From Pseudomonadota bacterium (lineage in GTDB: Bacteria; Bdellovibrionota_B; Oligoflexia; Oligoflexales; RGVZ01), in contig JBEGVZ010000095.1 of assembly GCA_041178085.1 (NCBI GenBank), forward strand, positions 1-19,896: a DNA stretch of 19,896 nt, read 5' to 3'. Positions 15,984-19,896 of this stretch are shown in pieces. The first letter of the stretch is position 1. Each line of letters begins with the position of its first letter. Made by a program: the position numbers and the translations under genes. Under the pieces are notes generated by a model. The model was given only the letters and a program-made list of their open reading frames with translations. It was not told where the DNA came from and did no database searches.

Positions 15984-17468
15984 CTATGGGCGGAATTCAA
16001 ATCGATAGGTTGACGTTCCAATTTTGTAAGAAATCGATGAAGCCTGTAAATTTGCGCCATAATTGAATGGTGTCGACAGGGTTGCACTGGCAATTCCTGT
16101 AGCGTCGTCAATCGCCAGAGTCTCCATGGCTTGCGATCCGTTGGTGGTTGCACCATCCCAAGTGAGTTCCGAAATCAGCTTCTTCACTGGAGCCATATCC
16201 GTCACTTGGATATACGAAGAAGTTGCAGAATCATACCTGAAAAACTTTACTTCAACTTTCTGGATCGTATTGGCCGCGCTCTCCGTGTGCTTCACTTGAA
16301 CGGTGAAGACTTTGACCTTGCCGTTTTCATCGCGCGGCTCGGAAATCGCAAGGTCGAAGCGGCCAACTTCAACGGAATCGAATTTTAAACGCCAGATACC
16401 ATCCGGAATTGATGAAGTGATCCCACCACCCGCTGCGAAATTGAGCATCATTGCTCCTGCCTGGCGTGAACTATCATCGCGCACGTAGAACATCTCGCCT
16501 GTGCAAACCGGGTAACCGCCTTGAACGCCCCGGGTGATCGTTCCACTGTTATCAAAGACTGTTTTGGTGTTTACAGAGCCGTTGACATTGACGGCGCTTG
16601 GAGCGGTAAGCGAAATAATTTTTGCGGCACTCCCGGTTGTCGACGGGCAAACGTCAGCAAACGAAAAGTTTGCAGATTCGGTTCCAACGTAAAAGCCTGC
16701 TCCGGTATAGGTCGTGACCGTGCCAGAGTATTTTCCGTTTGCGTCCGCGTAACCAGAAGTTGCCGAGCCTGTGCTATGTGTGAACAGATAAAAAGGCTCC
16801 GCGCCCCAAGTGTCGTTCATATGGGCATTTTTGATCGTCTTCAACGCGTCGTCGGCTCCGGCCCATGTCAGTACGGCAGCGTCACTCAAGCCATCGAACA
16901 TCGAGGAATTTGCTGTCTGGTCGCCCTTTGCATCGCTGCTACTTGACGATGCCGAAACGGCACCAAAATTAACTTCCTTGGTCGTTAAACTGTCGGTTGG
17001 GACTGCCGTCATCGCGTCTGGGCCGGCAGGAAGGCCGACGAACTTCATGCTCGCCGCCTCTGCTTCGGGATCGCCTGATTTTGTGTAGGTGGTGAGCATG
17101 GCTGTGATGTTTGGCATTGCCATCGAGCCGCCACCATTGGCCACGCCGAAGCCATCTTTGGAGTTAAACGATGAGGCTGCATCCCAGGAGAAGGTGCCAT
17201 CAGCTCCAACGGTAACATCAACCGCAGGTTTGCGAGACTTGCTATAATTGCCGTCGAAAAGAATCCAGCCTTTCAAAGCTGTTTCCGCCAGGGTAACCAG
17301 GCCTGAACTGGGGAATGTTCCAAGTTGCAGTTGCCCGGTCATGTTTACCGTTTCTTCATCTCCACTGGGAGTATCGTCTGATTTTTTCTTGCTGCCGCAG
17401 CCAATGAGCTGCGCGCATGTGACTGCATAGACACCAAGGACCTGAAGCTTCTTGCGGGGCGTTTTCAT
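15984..17468 (-). CDS. Hypothetical lipoprotein, 494 aa, Ser/Thr/Gly-rich and predicted beta-rich
   Basis: RBS GGAGGAG; basic N-terminus and lipobox LIG-C followed by GSKKKSDD; long open frame; no family recognised. Confidence 0.85.
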   Translation of the reverse strand: MKTPRKKLQVLGVYAVTCAQLIGCGSKKKSDDTPSGDEETVNMTGQLQLGTFPSSGLVTLAETALKGWILFDGNYSKSRKPAVDVTVGADGTFSWDAASSFNSKDGFGVANGGGSMAMPNITAMLTTYTKSGDPEAEAASMKFVGLPAGPDAMTAVPTDSLTTKEVNFGAVSASSSSSDAKGDQTANSSMFDGLSDAAVLTWAGADDALKTIKNAHMNDTWGAEPFYLFTHSTGSATSGYADANGKYSGTVTTYTGAGFYVGTESANFSFADVCPSTTGSAAKIISLTAPSAVNVNGSVNTKTVFDNSGTITRGVQGGYPVCTGEMFYVRDDSSRQAGAMMLNFAAGGGITSSIPDGIWRLKFDSVEVGRFDLAISEPRDENGKVKVFTVQVKHTESAANTIQKVEVKFFRYDSATSSYIQVTDMAPVKKLISELTWDGATTNGSQAMETLAIDDATGIASATLSTPFNYGANLQASSISYKIGTSTYRFEFRP

Positions 17469-17539
17469 GGGAAGGCTCCTCCATCATTTTCCAGATAATT
17501 TCTTGAACGGGGGCCGGTCGCGGGACCGGAAGGTCTCCG

Positions 17540-17555
17540 AGCAGATGGTCTGCCA
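17540..17555 (-). promoter_or_regulatory. sigma54 (-24/-12) promoter candidate for the 494-aa lipoprotein
   Basis: The minus strand reads TGGCAGA-CCAT-CTGC-T with GG-N10-GC spacing, about 70 nt upstream of the ATG. Confidence 0.5.
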
Positions 17556-17945
17556 GTGGATTTATTGTAGGATGGATTCACACCCGGAGTCGATTTGTTG
17601 AAAAATATATTAACGCGTTAAACCGTCACCTTTTCGGCGGGATAACTCTGCTTTTTTACCAAAATCATGTTTTGACGACACTCATTGGGTAGCATCTGGC
17701 AAGATCATTGAGCGAAATCCAGCTGAGTTTTGTGGATTGCATTGATTTGAAGCAAGGTTGACAGTCTCTTCATCCTTCCCAAAACCCAAACAGCCCCCTT
17801 ACTATGCTCCAGATATCCCCGATTTTCGTCCGCACTAAGGCCCAAACATGAAACCGCCAGTTATTCCACGCCTGGTGAGGTGCCTTGATCCCAGACCAAC
17901 TCCACGGCCCGACCATCGTCAAACTTAAGATCGCTGGTTTCGTCA

Positions 17946-17981
17946 AATTAAAAGCCCCGCCTTTCAGCGGGGCCTTTAATT
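17946..17981. terminator. Bidirectional intrinsic terminator serving the minus-strand 362-aa gene
   Basis: AATTAAAA-GCCCCGC-ctttca-GCGGGGC-CTTTAATT, with T-rich tails on both strands. Confidence 0.85.
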
Positions 17982-18002
17982 TTGTGGCATACCACGTCCA
18001 GC

Positions 18003-19091
18003 TTACTCGATAGTCTCATTGTCACCCTGTTCGAAGTCGTCGCCCCAGCAATTGGATCCACTTGAGTGGTCAGTGTTGCAGGCCGCGTGAGCAGCTGCCG
18101 TAGAACCATTAACCATGTCCACCGTGACCGTTTCTTCCGTGGCACAATCCCAACCCGTCGGATCCTCGATGGTGAACCCTGCCGGAAGGAACGCTGGCAA
18201 GTCGGTGGCTGCGACCAAGATGTCGGAAGTGGCGGTTGTATTGGCAACCTTGTAGCCATCGCTGTCAAACGTCGCGCGCGAACTGAAATTATAGGACGAA
18301 CTGTTGTGGGTTCCGGTGCCTTTGAAGAGTGCCTGACCCATGGTTCCGTTATGCTTCACAGCTCCGCGGTCCTCAAAGGTCCCGTCTTGGTGAGTCCCTT
18401 TGGAAGCCGTCTTCATTAGGCTGACGCCAGAATCCCTGAGCTCCAGCATATTATCCTGAGAGTAATTGTTGCTGCCGTCGCTGAAGAGATTCTGACCGGC
18501 AAGAATCTTGAGCCCTGCGGTCGTGAAATCGAAAGCAACAGATGAATTCCAGGACTGCGTGGATGCGGACCCCTTGTAGTGCACGGTCCCTTTTGCACCA
18601 GCAGAGCTGGAGCTGGATAGAGAAATCTTCTCTTTGATTTTCCCAGCCTCACACATGTAGATCGTCAGTTTTCCCGCCTGGCTATTGTCGATCCAAAGAG
18701 GCATCTCCATGGAGCCTCCGGATTCGACTAACTGAATCTTATACTTTGTCCCAAACTTGATTTGCCCTGACTCAGCCTCCAAGTGACAGAACGTGCCGCC
18801 GATACTGGCTAAGTTTCCAAACATCTTATTGATATTATCGACCGTCCGGCATGCCTCTGATGATTTTTTACCGGTCATCCGGGCCGCCTTCATCTTGGAC
18901 GAGGTGCCCGCTGCCTTTTTGATGCTATCTGGCAACTCGAACCTAAACGCCGAAGCCAGCTTGAGTTCTCCCAGCGAAGTGGCTGTCACCGCTTCTTCCT
19001 CATTCTTGTTCTCTTCTTTTCCACAAAAACTGGTGGCTAACCCACAGGCCGCAAGCACACCCAAAACTGAAATACTCTTCTTGATAATCAT
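18003..19091 (-). CDS. Hypothetical Cys-containing lipoprotein, 362 aa
   Basis: RBS GGAG; signal MIIKKSISVLGVLAACGLATSF-C-GKEENK (the lipidated Cys could be C16 or C23); six further Cys. Confidence 0.85.
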   Translation of the reverse strand: MIIKKSISVLGVLAACGLATSFCGKEENKNEEEAVTATSLGELKLASAFRFELPDSIKKAAGTSSKMKAARMTGKKSSEACRTVDNINKMFGNLASIGGTFCHLEAESGQIKFGTKYKIQLVESGGSMEMPLWIDNSQAGKLTIYMCEAGKIKEKISLSSSSSAGAKGTVHYKGSASTQSWNSSVAFDFTTAGLKILAGQNLFSDGSNNYSQDNMLELRDSGVSLMKTASKGTHQDGTFEDRGAVKHNGTMGQALFKGTGTHNSSSYNFSSRATFDSDGYKVANTTATSDILVAATDLPAFLPAGFTIEDPTGWDCATEETVTVDMVNGSTAAAHAACNTDHSSGSNCWGDDFEQGDNETIE

Positions 19092-19156
19092 GATTCGCTC
19101 CGATTTAAATTGTGACGGGCACGATAATCTTGAATCCGAATCCCGACGCAGTCCCC

Positions 19157-19765
19157 TCAGCTCTTGGTCCAGAACACCGTATCAAGCTCAGTGGCCCGTT
19201 TCGCTGAGGTCGTACAATCTGTTGCCGAACCGCTGTCTCCACACTTGCCTTCATAAAGTTTTGTGCCATCGATCTTGTAGAGCGTGTACTGTGCGTCAAA
19301 AGTACTTTTAAAGCTGGCATCATCCGCGCAAGTTGTTGCGGTCAGTTCCTTGGCCGTATCTTTTGTGAATCCACCGCCGCAAAAATTATTCCAGAGCGTA
19401 ACCGCATCATCCGTCTTTGCGGTGATCGTCACCTTCGATACTGTTACATCGACCTCTTTCGCTCCGGCGGGGGTTGCGACCGCGTTTCCACCCGTATAAG
19501 TTGCAGTCATGGTCAGAGATGTGGTCTCCGTAGTACAATCCGCATCGCTATATAACTGAAGTGTGAAGTTCCCGGTTCCCCCCGAATGCACAGCCGTTTG
19601 CTTGCTCCATGATCCATCCTCTCCCTCGTCCGGCGCACACGCCATCGTCCATGTCCCGTCCAGATCAGCAAACGGGTTCGCCTTGGTCTCATCATCTTTG
19701 CCACAGCCGGCCAACAGGGTTGACACACAAACAGATGCGATTGAAGCGAGCGCAAGGCGTTTCAT
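19157..19765 (-). CDS. Hypothetical lipoprotein, 202 aa, possibly lipocalin-like beta barrel
   Basis: RBS GGAGG before the ATG at 19765; canonical lipobox LAG-C then GKDDETK; DLDGTW first-strand motif; six mature Cys. Confidence 0.85.
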   Translation of the reverse strand: MKRLALASIASVCVSTLLAGCGKDDETKANPFADLDGTWTMACAPDEGEDGSWSKQTAVHSGGTGNFTLQLYSDADCTTETTSLTMTATYTGGNAVATPAGAKEVDVTVSKVTITAKTDDAVTLWNNFCGGGFTKDTAKELTATTCADDASFKSTFDAQYTLYKIDGTKLYEGKCGDSGSATDCTTSAKRATELDTVFWTKS

Positions 19766-19896
19766 GGGACCTCCGAGGGAATGGAAAGGAAAGGATAGGC
19801 ATATGATACTACAAAAACTCGAATTCATGCCCCTTGATCTCTGAGCATCTGTCACCGACAATGAGTTGGACTTTACCGCATACGCAGGGGGGCCTA

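Noticed and set aside
15604..16013. ORFs 15664-16008 (+), 15604-15960 (-) and 15825-16013 (+)
   Set aside because: They start in or overlap the tRNA, its terminator or the next gene, with no RBS or recognisable motif. A small remnant cannot be excluded.
19766..19861. Upstream extension of the last lipoprotein ORF
   Set aside because: The GGAGG RBS and canonical lipoprotein signal begin at the ATG at 19765.

Overview
Bacterial chromosomal DNA, mostly GC-rich. The gene styles (delta-type RdgC-like protein, small TM-HAMP protein, mitochondrial-type aconitase, orphan Cys-paired lipoproteins) suggest a deltaproteobacteria-like lineage, possibly Bdellovibrionota/Oligoflexia; this is an inference. 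The left part (1-15.7 kb) is core genome: the start of a BMP/CUT2 nucleoside ABC operon, a Cys-less SelL/AhpC-TSA_2-like protein, a DUF4383-like membrane protein, a saccharopine/lysine dehydrogenase, a CusRS-like two-component pair, a SIMPL protein, YihY and an RdgC-like gene. A 435-bp divergent intergenic region follows, carrying four DnaA-box-like 9-mers in exact 11-bp phase. Then come prmA-rsmE, a tandem-HAMP membrane protein, aconitase and initiator tRNA-fMet. After the tRNA the DNA becomes more AT-rich and carries three orphan lipoprotein genes on the minus strand. The most notable signals are the phased DnaA-box array with no dnaA nearby (candidate oriC or DnaA-regulatory locus), three sigma54-type promoters in front of envelope genes, the lipoprotein cluster, and a small ORF interrupted by an in-frame TGA. 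No CRISPR array, transposase or integrase is visible.
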